A stretch of 64,000 bases of DNA from Lama glama (GCA_028534125.1 CM052832.1:9302001-9366000), one strand, 5' to 3'; shown: positions 11,482 through 24,410, counted from the first letter of the stretch. Notes: generated by a model from the letters alone, not told the origin. Numbers and translations: made by a program.

Positions 11482-12486
11482 GTGAGTCAGAGATGGGATT
11501 AGACCCCTTGCCTGGCAGGGAGCACCAAGAAAGACCTGATTTCGAGGCTCAGGAATTTGCATGTGCTGTGAGGTATCCCAAGGACGGTTCCACGTCACTT
11601 CAGTCGTGACAGAGAGCTTGCCGTGGGCCTGGCCTCGTGCAGGTGTGTCTGCCATTTTATCCTCACAAGTGTGAGAGGCAGACGTGATGCCCACTTTCCA
11701 CTTGAGGAAACTGTGGCTCGGGGCCTTTCAGCAACTTGTTTAAAGGACGTTCAGGTCCTGTGTTGCCCAGCTGGTCTCCAGACCCAGGACTAACTCCATA
11801 GACTGGCTTCTGATCATTAGGCTACGCTGCCTTCAATAATTGGCTAGTCACCTTCCCTGGACAGGCCTCTAGATTCTAGGAACCTGGGAAAAATGGAGCC
11901 ACCACAGGGCCTGCCGGTGACAGTTACGGGTAGAGTGCTCAGGGCATTCATGAAAACCTTTACTGAGTCCCTGGACAGAGCTTTGATTCTAAGGGAGGTC
12001 AAGGTTAGGGACTCCCATCTTTGTCAAAAGCAATGAGTGCCCCACCCCCCATCCCTGCCAGGCTATAGTCCCTTTACCGACAACTCACGTGCTCACCAAG
12101 CATTTATTGAGTGCCTCCCATGTGCTGGGATTGTACCTGTGGCTGGAAATTCTAGGACAAGTAAGAGAAGGTGCTCAGAGTCTGGTGGAGGATTGTTCTG
12201 AGAACATGTAAATATGACACACAACAATGCCTTCCTAGAAAAATACAAAACTTCAGAAATAGTAAGTAGGAAGGGAGTCTTCAGAGAGAGGTGGGATGTG
12301 GGTAGGTTGTGGGGTTCAGCAGGGGCTTATAGGTGGACAAGGGGGAGGGGACAGCTGATAACCTGGTGAGCATAGGAAGCCGCATACAGTCTGGCCTTAC
12401 TGCGATACCACTTCACCTTTCAAGGCTTACCAGTCTGACTTCATTTTCCATTGCCCTCATGCTCTGGAGCTCTAGAATGCTCTAGA

Positions 12487-12678
12487 ACTGTGCTGTCCAG
12501 TTTGGCAGGCTTTTCTGAGCCATGCATGGCTATTTAAATTTAAATGAATTTAAAATTAAGTCAAATTAAAAATTCAGTTCCCCAGTTGCACTGGCACGGG
12601 TAGCTTGTGGCTGCCATATTGGAGAGCGTAGATGTAGAACATTTCCATTGGTGCAGAAACTTCTACCAGATAGTACTG
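12487..12678 (-). mobile_element. MER3-like hAT-Charlie DNA transposon fossil
   Basis: CTGTGCTGTCCA start, TTTAAATTTAAA...AAAAATTCAGTTCC centre, AGAACATTTCCAT end. Flanks CTCTAGAA / CTCATGAA resemble the 8-bp hAT TSD. Confidence 0.8.
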
Positions 12679-12689
12679 CTCATGAACCT

Positions 12690-13220
12690 TGCTCTGAGGT
12701 TTCTTCTGCATGGAATGTTCCCTCCATTGCCCCTCCCTGGCTCAACTCCCACTTCCTCCAGAGGCCTTCCCTCAACATGCAGGCTTGGCTTCCGTCCACT
12801 GTCCACCTGGATTGCAATACTCCCTTTCTGTGTTTGTCTCCTCGACAGGACATTCAACTTCTTAAAGGCATGAGCTGGGTCTTGTTCATCCTGTGTCATG
12901 TCTTGCTTATCATTGTGTCCCCAGCACCGAGGAGGTTCTCAATAACAATGGCAGGTGATGACGCTGGAGAGCGAGGCATTGGGCCACGTGCCATGTTATG
13001 GAGCTTGGTCTTGACCCTGTAGGCAGGTAGGTTTGGGATGAGGTGGGATATATCGGGGAGTGGGGTCAAGTCAGATTTCTATGTTAGAAAGATTACTCAG
13101 AGGTGTGGAAGACAGGCTGGAGAGGCTGAGCCTGCAGCCCAAGAGATCAGTTAGGAAAGTTGGCAACACAAGGGTGAGGGGGCTAAGGGTCTGCGCTTCG
13201 TAGGCTGTGGCAGTGATGTT
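12690..13220. mobile_element. Short L2 fragments in both orientations
   Basis: L2-like TGGAATGTTCCC...TGTGTCCCCAGCACC (+) followed by AGATTTCTATGTTAGAAAGATTACTC (-). Confidence 0.45.
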
Positions 13221-13585
13221 GGAAGGGTAGCATCACCATCTGACCCAGTCAGGGCCTCCTGCCATTTCTCTCTCCATTTTGGATGCTCTTTTCCATTTAT
13301 AAGGGAAACAGCAAAAAGAATTCCTTTCTACCTCTGGGTTCTTCAGCGCCTTTCCCTATTGAGGCCCCTGGCCGTCTAGTCTGTAACCCTCGTGGTCCAC
13401 TCTCTGCCGTGACTGTGGCTGCCCTCTTCCCCACTCCCCTCCAGCGGGCTAGGAAGAACATCTTACTCCATGTTGTCCCACGTCTCAACCCTATGATTGA
13501 ATCTGTGCAGAAGCACAGATCACAGAGGCTGGGGTTTTAGTGTTCTGTCTTTGCCAACCCATGCCAGGTTCTTCTCCAAGGACAC

Positions 13586-13673
13586 TTTTTTTTTAAATGG
13601 AGGTACTGGGGATTGAACCAAGGACCTTGTGCATGCTAAGCATGTGCTCTGCCACTGAGCTATTTCCCTCCTC
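13586..13673 (-). mobile_element. Vic-1-type tRNA-Ala-derived SINE
   Basis: Reverse head GGAGGTACTGGGGATTGAACC...GCATGCTAAGCA...CACTGAGCTA with T tail. Degenerate TSD CTCCAAGGACAC / CTCCGAAGACAA. Confidence 0.88.
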
Positions 13674-13889
13674 CTCCGAAGACAATTTTGGGGACTTAAA
13701 TTTAAGAAGCTTGTAGAGAGTTTTGGAAAGGAGTCTGAGGAGTCGCCGAGATTAGGTCAGCCTTTTTGAGATAGTTAAGAAGGAACCAGGATGGTAGGAT
13801 TTAGAGACGCAAAAGAAGATGAGGCAGTGTGCTCTGGCCATAGTGACCTCACGTTGTGTGCTTGGGGGATAGGATGCATTTCAAAGCGT

Positions 13890-14035
13890 AACACTTACCT
13901 ACTAAATACAGACGTGTGCCATCATTTTATATACATGACTTCATTTAATCCTCAAAGCAACTCCACGAGGAAGACATTATTATTACCATTATACAGGTGA
14001 GGAAATGGAGGCCCCGAGGGATAAAGTGCTTGGGC
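13890..14035 (-). mobile_element. MIR SINE fragment
   Basis: CATTTAATCCTCA...ATTATACAGGTGAGGAAATGGAGGC. Confidence 0.7.
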
Positions 14036-14465
14036 CTGAACATACTCTCAGCTCTGCCCCGATTGTTCTGCACAGGGGGAAGGTTTGTTGGGTGTATGTT
14101 TGACCAGAGCTGGTGTGGTGTTCATGACCTTGGGAAAGTCATTTCACCTTCCTAAACCTCCATTTCCTGAGATAGTCACATCTACTTGGATGAGTCATTG
14201 GGAAGATTAATGGCAGAACAGACATAAAAATCAGCACCTCATAAGCCAGAGGGGGACACGTATTTGTGGGATGGAAGTCCACAGTCTCGTGGAGCAGGCT
14301 GTCGGCCCATGCCCTTCCCTGGTCAGAATGTCATGGCTCAGATTTACAAAAGTTCTCATGCTTTTAAGTACTGGAGATGTAATTCAGAGCTTCATTTTAG
14401 AGCTAAGACTTTTTCTCTGAAATTGTTTAAGTGTTAAGTAAAAGTAGTTCATAAAACTTTCTTTT

Positions 14466-14830
14466 GGAATACCATATGATATCACTTATATGTGGAATCT
14501 AAAATATGATACAAATGAACTTGTTAATGAAATAGACACAGACTCACAGATACAGAAAACAAACTTATGGCTACCAAAGGAGAAAGTGGGTGAAAGAGGG
14601 ATAAATGAGGAGTTTGGGATTAGCACATACAAACTACTATGTATAAAATAGATAAACAACAAGGTCCTACTGTATAGCACTGGAAAGTATATTCAATATC
14701 CTGCAATAAACCATAATAGAAAAAAACATGAAAAAGAATACGTCTACATATGTATAACTGAATCACTTTGCTGTACACCTGAAACCAACACAGCATTTGA
14801 AATCAACCTTACTTCAATCAAACAAACCAA
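14466..14830 (+). mobile_element. Relatively young L1 3'UTR (cetartiodactyl type)
   Basis: ATACCATATGATATCACTTATATGTGGAATCTAAAA...TGTATAACTGAATCACTTTGCTGTACACCTGAAAC...TACTTCAAT plus A-rich tail. Confidence 0.9.
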
Positions 14831-14989
14831 ACAAAACCCATTTCTTCTGGACAGAGAGACTACAAATAGTAGGTGGTGATCATAGGGAATTCAGAAAATA
14901 TTGACAGATCGAAGGAAGAAAATAAAAATTCTTTAATTCCTTCCTGTTAGCATTGTAATAATTTTCATCCAGTATTTTTTCTAGGTAGT

Positions 14990-15175
14990 GCAGTCTGGTG
15001 ATTAAGAGTGTAGGTTCCAGAGTCAGACTGCCTGGATTTTAATCCAGGATCCCTCATTCACTGGAAATAATAACAATGACTTGTAGGACTGGGTGAGGTG
15101 AGATGAGATGATATATGTAAAACATTTGAGGCTGTGCCTGGCAGATAGTAAATTCTGAATGAACATTAGCTATGA
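14990..15175 (+). mobile_element. MIR SINE
   Basis: AGAGTCAGACTGCCTGGATTTTAATCC...GTGCCTGGCAGATAGTAAAT. Confidence 0.7.
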
Positions 15176-15189
15176 TATTGTGCTTTAAA

Positions 15190-15640
15190 AATAGAATTGG
15201 GGTTAGTTTGCATATGCTTTAATATCTTGCTCATTTAATATTCTTGGGAAACATTTTTTCTGAAGTAGTTGTTTTTAAGTATCCTGTTATTTGGATTCTG
15301 TGTTCAATAAATATACCAGGCACTGAGTCCCCTAATTTATTTAACTAGTCCTTATTATTAGAAATTCAGCTTTTTATCATTTTTGATTATTATAAATAAT
15401 GCTTTGATGGACATCCTTGTACATAGATCTTTGATCACATCTCAGATTATTTTCTTAGGGTAAATTCCTGGAAAGGAGAATTACTTTGTTAAAGAGAGTG
15501 GGTGTTTTTAAGATTCTGGGTAGCATTTCCTAATTATTTTTCAAACAATTTAAAAATTGATTTTCATTCACACTACCAGCATATGAGAAGATCCACCTCA
15601 CTCGATCTGCCCTAATATTACTGTTTTTAAAAAAAATGGT
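15190..15640 (-). mobile_element. Ancient L1 (L1ME-like) fragment
   Basis: ATTATAAATAATGCTTTGATGGACATCCTTGTACAT...TTAGGGTAAATTCCT. Confidence 0.6.
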
Positions 15641-16319
15641 TGTTCTTGTGTAGCATGGATTACTTTCTAAACAATATACGTTACTTTCCTGGGGCCCAGG
15701 GTTTTTTCATGCTGTAAGGTGGGATACAAATGTCTCTTGCATGATGACTGTTATTTGTTAATTTAGCAAGTTCTTTGGATTTCTTTTGTGGAAAGACCGT
15801 GCAAATGACCTGAATTACTTTCAGGAGCAATTCTCTCTGCCGAGTTAGAATTTCCTCATGTTTATCAAGAAAGAAGACTAGGATTGCTGTCTCTCACCAG
15901 ACCCAGTGTGAGTGAGCAGTCATTCGGTGCCCAGGGCACAGGAAGTATTAGATAGCTAGTCTGTAATCGGCAGACGAACAGCATTCTTAGAATAAATGTT
16001 AGCAATAATTGTCTGCAGAAATATAGGGTCTCAGTCCAATTTTCTAAGAATTTGTTCTTTTTAAACCTTGAGAAGAAGATGAAGGCGACTTTCACCTCCT
16101 GCAAGTATGAGAAAGTATGAAGCCAAATATTGAGAAAAAAGTTGTTTTACTGAAAATGTCAAAAAGTATAAGAAAACGAAAACCAGTCATCATTCCACCA
16201 CCTAGACAGGACCTCTGTTTTTAAAAATGGGATTTCTTCCTAGTAGTTTTCCAGTACATATACTTTTGCATAGTTGGATGCTATGTGTCTGATTTTGTTG
16301 GGTTCTTTTTTTTTAAGAG

Positions 16320-17970
16320 CCTACCCTAAGTTAATACTTTAACCATTTCCTAGACAATGCAAGCTCCTTAAAACACTTAGACGCCTCTGCCTCCTTTATA
16401 CTGCCTTTTGAGGCCTTGTGATTTTGATTCTCCTGAGAATTTTATCCCCAAAAATGATAATATAAAATATAATACAATTAAAACACAAAATAGTATAAAA
16501 TGATAAAATTTTCATAAGAACTTAATCCCATAAGACATTGTTTTAAAAAGTCAACAATAATTAGTCCACATATTTACTATTTTTGGTGCTCTTCATTTCC
16601 CCTGTATAACTGTGTGCATGCTTCTCTCTCAGGTTAATTGTCTTTTTCCTGAAGAACTCTCCTTGTTTTGTGTGTGTGTGTTTGTGTGTGTGTGTATGTG
16701 TGGTGGAGGGTGTCTGCTGGTGTCACAGTTCTCTCAATTTGTGTTTGAAAATGTCTGTTTGGAGGATATTTTCACTGGGTATAGAATTCTATCTTTTTTT
16801 TTTTTAATAATCCTTTAAAGATATCATTCCATTGTCTGGCTTCCTTCATTTCTGTTAAAAAGTCATCTGTCACTTTTGTGATTTCTTTGGCTTTGTGTTT
16901 TTAGCAGTTTTACTATGATGCCATAATTATGGTTCTCTTTGTATGTATCCCCTGTGGAGTTTGGAGAGCTTTGCCCCACTATTTCATGTCCTTAGACTCC
17001 TGCACATGTGTTAGATCCTTTTATGGTATCCTACATGTCCCTGAAGCTCATTTTTGTTTTTTCTGTGTTTCAATATGAGTATTTTTTTCCACTGACCTAG
17101 CTTCCAATTCACCCATTAGCTCTTCTACTATTTCTTATTTGCTGTCAGGTTCATTTATTCAATGCTTGATTTGTTTTTTTTTTTAATTGTTTGTAAAATA
17201 TTTTATTTATAATAAAATATATTTTTGATTTTTTTAATGATTGCATTTTTCCCTTGATTTGGTCTTTTTCCTGACATGCTTGGTCATTTTTGTTTGAATG
17301 CTGGGCATTTTACGTGGAAAATGTAGAGGCTCAGAATGTTATATCACCTTACTTGGTATTTCTGATTTGCTCTTACTTGTAGGGTGGGTATTTATTAGGG
17401 TACTTCCTCCTTGATAGGGCCTGATCTCCAAATTTTGTCTCCCTGCCACAGTAAAGCTACTAAAATCTTGGCTTACCTTTTAGGTCTTTTCATAGCTTCT
17501 CTCGGCTGGATTCCCTGAGTCTAGCCCTATACACACTGGGTTAGGTGTCAGCAAATTTCGAGGGGAAGTTGCTGCAGAATCCTGAGTTTACTTGTGTATG
17601 GGTCATTTTCTCTGGGATCTTGGTCTCTCAAATCCTGGATATCTTTATAGTCTTGAACTGCAGTTTTTGTCTTCCCAATCTAGGGAGAAAGCTGCTGCAA
17701 GCTTTAATTTGCTGCCTTCCTTTTCATCTTAATATTCCTTCTGCCAAATCAGCCAGTGCCCTGAGTGTAAGCATTAGCTACTAAATACACCTCCTGAGCT
17801 TCCCTCTCCTCTAAGGGCTTGGTCTCTCAGGTCCTAGCTGCCTTGTTGTACTTCCCTACCCACAAACACTTAATTTTATTGTTATTATTTTGTGTTTTAT
17901 TTACCTTTTATGGTTGTTCTATACAGGAGGGTTAGTTTAATAGCAATTAGTTATAATAGCTGAAAGTGAA
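16320..17970 (-). mobile_element. Ancient L1M internal/5' fragments
   Basis: T-rich degenerate L1 antisense: GATATTTTCACTGGGTATAGAATTCT, CCATTGTCTGGCTTCC, TAGCAGTTTTACTATGATG. Confidence 0.6.
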
Positions 17971-18325
17971 GCCTAATTTTTGTATCCTTTATTATTTGAC
18001 ATTATAAGTATTTTCCTTGTCTTTTTAAAAAAATTAGATGATTTCACAAAACCCCTTCTTATGGCTTTTATGATCTGCTCACCCATTCTGTTGTCTGATA
18101 TTTAGGTCATTTCCCATAATATTCTTATATAAATAATACTGCAATAAGTATCTTTGTGCCAAAGTACTTTATTAATACTTTAAAAGTATGGAATGGGAAT
18201 GGTCAGGGCTGAAAATATTTTTCAGTAGTGATTGTTTTCATGCATGTCATATACAACAATAAAACTGTAGACTTTTTGTCTCTCAGATGGTTCAGAAAGT
18301 GTTTTCCCTTCTTGTAAGATATTCA

Positions 18326-18430
18326 GGGGAAGAGGGTAGATAGAGCTCAGTGGTAGAGCACATGCTTAGCATGCACGAGGTCCTGGGTTCAATCCCTAGT
18401 ATCTCCATTTGAAAAAAAAAAAAGAAAAAA
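18326..18430 (+). mobile_element. Vic-1-type tRNA-Ala-derived SINE
   Basis: AGCTCAGTGGTAGAGCACATGCTTAGCATGCACGAGGTCCTGGGTTCAATCCC is close to tRNA-Ala(AGC); poly-A tail follows. Confidence 0.9.
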
Positions 18431-19479
18431 TTAATATAATGCTTACCATGGACCAGTCATTCTTTTACATGGTTTATAATAAGAACTTTAATTTTCCTAA
18501 TAGCCCTATGACACAGGTACTAATAATGATGAGGAATGTGGGGCAAGAGAGGGTAGGTAACTTGCCCAGGGTCACACAGGGAACTTGTCCAAGGTCATGC
18601 ACTCTTCAGTGGCAGAGGTGAGCCCTGCATTCTGCCTCTCGAGCCTGTGCTTTTAGCTATCACACTATACCACCTTGAGCTAATTGTTGTAATTTATTGC
18701 TTCCCTTCTACCAATTTTAGCTTATTCCAGGGCTTCCCCAGCCTTTTCTTAATTGGGCATTATTTTTTCCCTCAGCATTGTGGTTGCTGGGGGATGAGTA
18801 TGAACGTGGGGACAGGTGCCATGGATGGATGTAAATTGCTGTGTAGTGGCAGCTCACTTTATAGAAGGGCCAGGTGAGGTTGCCTGCTGACTTGTAGTGA
18901 ATCTCTTAGGGATCTGGTGTGGATTTAATGACAAGGAAATTTCTGCTTCAACCTGACTGGCTAGTGTGAGCTGGGCCTGTGCAGTAGAGAGTAAAGGAAT
19001 CTTTCTCTCCCCTCCCTTCCTCCGAGTCCACTTAACATGAGGATTGGAGTATCAGGGCAGCCACAGCGCAGCAGGGATTGAAGAGTTTAAGTGTTGATGC
19101 TTTGTACCCAATAAACTGTGAGGTGGATGAGGACAAGGAGCCTCAGGAGCAGTGAAAGTCTTATTCCTTTGCTTTTCTGCCTCTCTTTGGAGCTTTCTGT
19201 ACATTCCCATGTTTATCTTCTTGTCTCTGTCGTCGTCTTTTCCTGGTACCCATTCTCCCCTCATCTTCCTACCCTCCTTCCCTTTGGGCCTAATATTGAT
19301 TTGAGGGAGAGGTAGCTGTGGGCTACTGGTTTTCCGAGAGTTGTTTGAATTTGTAACTTAAAGTGATTAACTGGAGAGGACTTTGCAGGAGAGATGGTTT
19401 TGAGCCATATTTGTTAAATGTATCACAGGAGGTCGCCAGGAAGAATGACAGGGTGGCAGAGAATTGAAGGGGGATCTGT

Positions 19480-20080
19480 CCCTCTACTGCTCACAATCCT
19501 TCAGTGGCCCCCACCTCAGTTGGTGAGAGCCAAAGTCCTTACAATTGTCTGGTGACACCCTGCCCACTCTTCCATCTTGCTTTTGTAACATTGTCTTCTA
19601 CTGTTCTCTATCTCACTCGCTCCAGCCACTCCAGCCTCCTGGCTATTCCTTGGCAATATCTGCCATGTTCTCACCTCAGGGCCTTTGCACAGGATGTCCT
19701 CTCTGCTTGGATTGCTCTTCCATAAACTAGATACCCATCGGCATTGCTCACTGTCTCTTCCTTCAAGTCCTTACTCAAATGTCTCTTTCTCATTGAGGCT
19801 GTGTTTAACTCCCCATCGTGAATTCCCCATTCCCTTAACCCCTTCTGCCTGAATTCCTCATTGCCTTAATCTGTTTGACTTTTTTCTTTTTTCCCCAAAC
19901 CCTTTAACCTTCTACATTCCGTACAGTTTACTTGCTCATTATCTTTATTGCCTGTCTCCTCTCTCCGAGAATATGAGTCCCAGGAAGCCAGAAGTCTTTG
20001 TGTGTGTTCCCTGCAGTAGCCTGGACACCCAGAATTGTGCCAGGCCCATAGCAGGCCCTCAGAAGGTATACGTTGAACGC
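19480..20080 (+). mobile_element. L2 LINE 3' remnant
   Basis: CACCTCAGGGCCTTTGCAC...TACTCAAATGTC...GTGCCAGGCCCATAGCAGGCCCTCA. Confidence 0.8.
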
Positions 20081-21125
20081 TGGGTCCTTAGTGGGGGAGG
20101 TGGGTGCTCTGTAGGGCCCTCAGCTCAAGAGACTTTCATCACATCTTAGGATCTGGAAAATCTCTGCCTGTAGGAATTTTTTTTAATTAAGATTTTTATC
20201 ATTGTCATCCCCTTCCCCCTTCCAGTTCATTTAAGACTGTTATGAAACAAAACTCATTATGCTTCAAAATCTGACAGAGCTCAGGCCCCGGGGAAAGTGA
20301 GAGGAGGCGGCAGCTGCTTCCCTCATTCCCCTCTCTCCTTGGTTTTTTCGTGTGGTTGTTTCACTCAGGACCACCTGAAGCCCACAGGGTCGAGGTGAGC
20401 AGGGGTCCTAGACCTCCCAGGGTGCATCCGAGGGAGAGTCTGTGGTCAGCCAGAGAGGAGAACCCTGCCTTCCTGCAGTGAAGGGTTTCTCCAGTCACCA
20501 GGACCCAGGGCGGAAGGAGGAAGGAGGCAGGCCGGAGAAGGGGGGGGGGGCGACGTGAGGTGTGTTCTGTGTGGGTCAGCTGCGGGAATGATGTCACCAA
20601 GAGAAATGAGAAGTGTGGTCCTCCTTGAACATGCCTGCTCATTTTCACTTACAATGAGTGGCTTCCACTCCTTTGTTCAGCAGTGGTCATGGAGGGCTGC
20701 TGTGGTGCAGGCCGGCTTGAAGGCTCTGGGGGCCGGGCTGGAGCCCCATCTCCCATCACTGCTCAGGAGAGGCACCATGAGGGGACCTTGGGTGAACCCA
20801 GTGGCTCGGAGCCAGCGTATTCAACTCCTCCTGGGTCCGTGGGTCCCTGGGAAGTGGGAAGGCCTGCTGGCAATAATTAATGTGTGTGGAAGGGAGGGAA
20901 GAGGATGCAGCAGTGGATGAGGAAGTGGCTTCGACTCCTCCCAGCGCTCTTTTCTAAACATTTCCCTAGATGAATCCATCCTCAGGCTTTTCAGAGTCAG
21001 GGCAGGCCTGTCCTCTGACTTTAGTAGGCCAAGAGTTGACTTGGTTTTTCCATATGAACAAGAGAAAGGATCTTAGGGAGCCATACACTTGGATCCTGGT
21101 AGGGATGGGCCAGTATAATGAAAAC

Positions 21126-21212
21126 TTTTTTTTCAGTGGAGGTACTGGGGGTTGAACCCAGGGCCTTGCGCATGCTAAGCATAAGCTCTGCCACTGAACT
21201 ATACCTTCACCC
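21126..21212 (-). mobile_element. Vic-1-type tRNA-Ala-derived SINE
   Basis: GGAGGTACTGGGGGTTGAACCCAGGGCCTTGCGCATGCTAAGCA...CACTGAACTATACC. Confidence 0.88.
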
Positions 21213-22065
21213 TGAAATTCTTGATAGGCTCTCAACATGCAGTGATGTAAGGTGTGGAGACCTGATGCAGGGTGCCTGTGGTGAGCCTCTGCTCTCCAGA
21301 CCTGGGGTTTCACCCTCTGCTACCCACTCTGCCTCATCTGCTAATAAAGTAGAAACACCAACTGATTTGAGTTTCACCTCCTTTCATTTCCTGTCTCCTG
21401 TCTTCTGGTTCTGGGGCCATAATGAGCTTCAAAAAAGCCACCAGCCAAATGATCAGCCTCTGAATAATCAAGTCTACAGAACTAAAAATATGCAGTTGCA
21501 TTATAATGTGCTGATAAATTAAAGGGGAAATAATTGAGTGTACAGTTGTTTATTCATGTGTTGTCCCAACCAGAAGTTACACAGGAAATAAATGACTTCA
21601 CCCTAGTTGGTTCTGGGCCTGTAGCTTGCTAGTAAGCTTGGGAGGTCAAATATAAGGCTTGGGAGGTCAAAATCCTGCTTTGAGCCCAGCCTGGGGATTA
21701 TTACAGCATCTTGACTGGTTACCCAGACTTGCCTCCTACTTCTGGCCTCAGATGGCCTGCCAAGCCCTTACCAGCTGTCTCTCACTGTAGCTCTCCAGTG
21801 TACATGACTTGATGTGATCTGTCTTCACGATGAAAGAAACTGCTCAAGGCACACCTCCTACTGAGGATGTCAGGTGTCTCCCACCCCCCTTTTTAAAAAT
21901 ATAAACAATTTTCCATTTGCTAGGCATTTGTTATTACATGCCCTGTTAGGTAAATAAGATCTTTGTTCTTATCTATTAGCTTGATTTGGGCTTATTTGGA
22001 ATAATGAATTTCATGAAAATGATTAAATCGTCACTCTATGCAGAATGCAAGGCTAAGCATTAGGT

Positions 22066-22266
22066 CAAGGATTGGCTAACTTTCAAAGGCAGGAGAGTTA
22101 ATACTTCAGCTTTGTGTTCCATTTCTCTGTCCTAAGTACTCTGTCCCTGTAGAATAAAGGCAACCACAGGCAACACGTAAATGGGTGAGTGGCTGTGTTC
22201 CCTTCAAACTGTTTTCACAAAACCAATGGTGGGATTTAGCAGCTAGCCACCGTTGCAGACCCATGG
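22066..22266. mobile_element. MER58-like hAT-Charlie fossil
   Basis: AAGGCAGGAGAGTTAATACTT...ACGTAAATGGGTGAGTGGCTGTGTTCC...AAACTGTTTTCACAAAA. Confidence 0.65.
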
Positions 22267-23109
22267 CCTGACCCTTTCGACCCCTTGATTAGAGACATGG
22301 CTATGAACCAACTAGACATGATCATGACCTTCGTGGAGCTTTAATTCCTGCTGAGAGTAATTCTTTGCTACTGTTCCGTAGCATTGCTTTGGAACCACAC
22401 CTGTTATAAATAGTTGACAAGTAGCTTTTGGCAGAGCGCATTGGAAACCTAAGTAACTTTCCTGAAGAAAGGGTCTAGCGAACATTCAGTTCTATTTCTG
22501 TTACTCACTGGAGTCTGGGGGTACTGTGTGTACTTAATTGGGGGTGTGGATACTATTTTTGAGTTTCTCTTTTTCCCACTTAATGTAATTCTGCATGCAT
22601 ACTTCCATGCATTGGCCTGGATTGTATAACTATAGTGGGTACATAGTATTTCTTTTTGAGTTAAGGCCTGTCATGTGCGGTGGTGGGGGTGGGTATAGTG
22701 GGCATTTGTTAGATGTTTGTTTCCAGTTTCAGTAAAAGCCCTTTCAGAGTTGGAAAGGAGCTGGTTTCTGCAGATACTCCACTGGTGGGACGGTTGACTT
22801 GGGAGACTCTGGGAGAGCCAGGTGTAGGGGATAGTGCTCGGGCCAGCCTCCTGGGTGACACCCGGCCTTTGCAGCCAGGCACCTGGAAGGTAAGTGTGTT
22901 GTCAGTACAGACATTTAAGCGACAGAAAGCGAAGTGACCTTTTCCTCGGGCGCTGCTCCCCAGGTGCAAGGAAAGCATTCGTGGGCTGTGGAGCAAAACT
23001 TGGAGTCTGAGGAGCTTTGTGGGAGCAGATGGGATGGAAAAGCAGCCCATGCAGAGAGGGTAGAAAGCACAAGGGGAGGGACTGGCAGCAGGTGTGTGGA
23101 AAGGGCATG

Positions 23110-23325
23110 GGGACTAGGGCCAGACTGCCTTGATTTGACTCTCTTAGGTTTGTCCCTTATGTACTGTGACTGGGCACTTCCTCTCTGAGCCTCAGTTGGC
23201 TTTGTCGTGAGATGGGGCTGTTGTATCCATTCCATAGAGGTGTTGGGAGGATCAGAGGAATAATCCCGGAAGCACTCCCTACCGTGCCTGGAGTATAGTA
23301 AGCACGCTGTATATATGATTATTAT
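23110..23325 (+). mobile_element. MIR SINE
   Basis: CTCTCTGAGCCTCAGTT...GTGCCTGGAGTATAGTAAGCAC. Confidence 0.7.
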
Positions 23326-23809
23326 TTGATGTGAAGTGTGTGGCCCATGTTAGGCCCGCAGTTCACAACAGTAGATGTTGTTTTACTATTACTGCTCTGG
23401 AGGAGGCACTAACTGCCCTGGGTGCAGACCGGACTTGGCTCTGTCCTCTGTGGACCTTTCCGTCCCTTCAGTCCAGATTGAGAAGTACCACCTCATCTCA
23501 TCTACCCCACTGGGCAACTCAGCTGGGGAGGTCAGACCCCGACTGTTGAGCCCAGGCTTTTAACAAAATCAGATCCGAGCCCAAAGACAAACTGGACAGT
23601 CTCATTTACTCAGCTATTCATACATTCATTCATTCACTCAACACACATAGAGGCTCTACTTTATGCCCATGGTACAGTGTGCAGTGGGGAGGAAAACAGG
23701 CATGGTGATGGGCTTTAATCAAATAACGCCACAAATGTTTAATTACAGACGGTGATAAGAGCTGTGAAAGAAAAGTACAAGGCGTTTAGGTTGGGAGAGG
23801 ATCTCTCTT

Positions 23810-24410
23810 TATGAGACACTTAATTTCATTAGTAATCAGGGAATACAAATCACAGTGAGATTCCATTTTATCCCCATTTGATTGTCAGACATTAAGAAGC
23901 TGTGTGGTAGCAAGTGTTGGGGAGAATATAGATCACTGTGGCCTCTTCTGTGCTGCTGGTAAGAGCGTAAATGGATGCAGCCCCTTTGGAAAACAATTTG
24001 GCGTTATCTTGCAAAGTTGTTATGTGCGCCTACTATGTGACCTGGCATTTCTACTTCTGGGTGTAAAATACTGTGAAAAGCTCATTCACGTGGGCACCAG
24101 GAGAGATGTACTAAGAATGTTCCTCGTGGCATTGCTGGTAATAACAAAAATCTGAAAACCCAAATGCTCGTGAGCTGGAGAACGGGTCAGAACCTTGTGG
24201 CCATGTGATTGGGCTGTTACCTGGCAGCAACGTGAATGTACAACATCTCCACTCAATGACATGAGTGAATCTAGTTCGTCTAAGGTTGAACTTTAAAAAG
24301 CAACATCTTGAATATTCCAGAGAGCCTGAGACCTTTGGAATAAATTTCAAAGTCAACAAAAATTTTAAAATACAGTATTTAGGAATGCAAATATATATAA
24401 TAAAGCTATG
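23810..24410 (+). mobile_element. Ancient L1 (L1ME-like) ORF2 end / 3'UTR
   Basis: ATTAGTAATCAGGGAA...TGCTGGTAAGAGCGTAAATGG...TTTGGAAAACAATTTGGC. Confidence 0.7.

Noticed and set aside
18326..18407. Apparent tRNA-Ala(AGC) gene, and five similar copies
   Set aside because: Disrupted acceptor stems, A-rich tails and TSDs show these are SINE heads, not tRNA genes.
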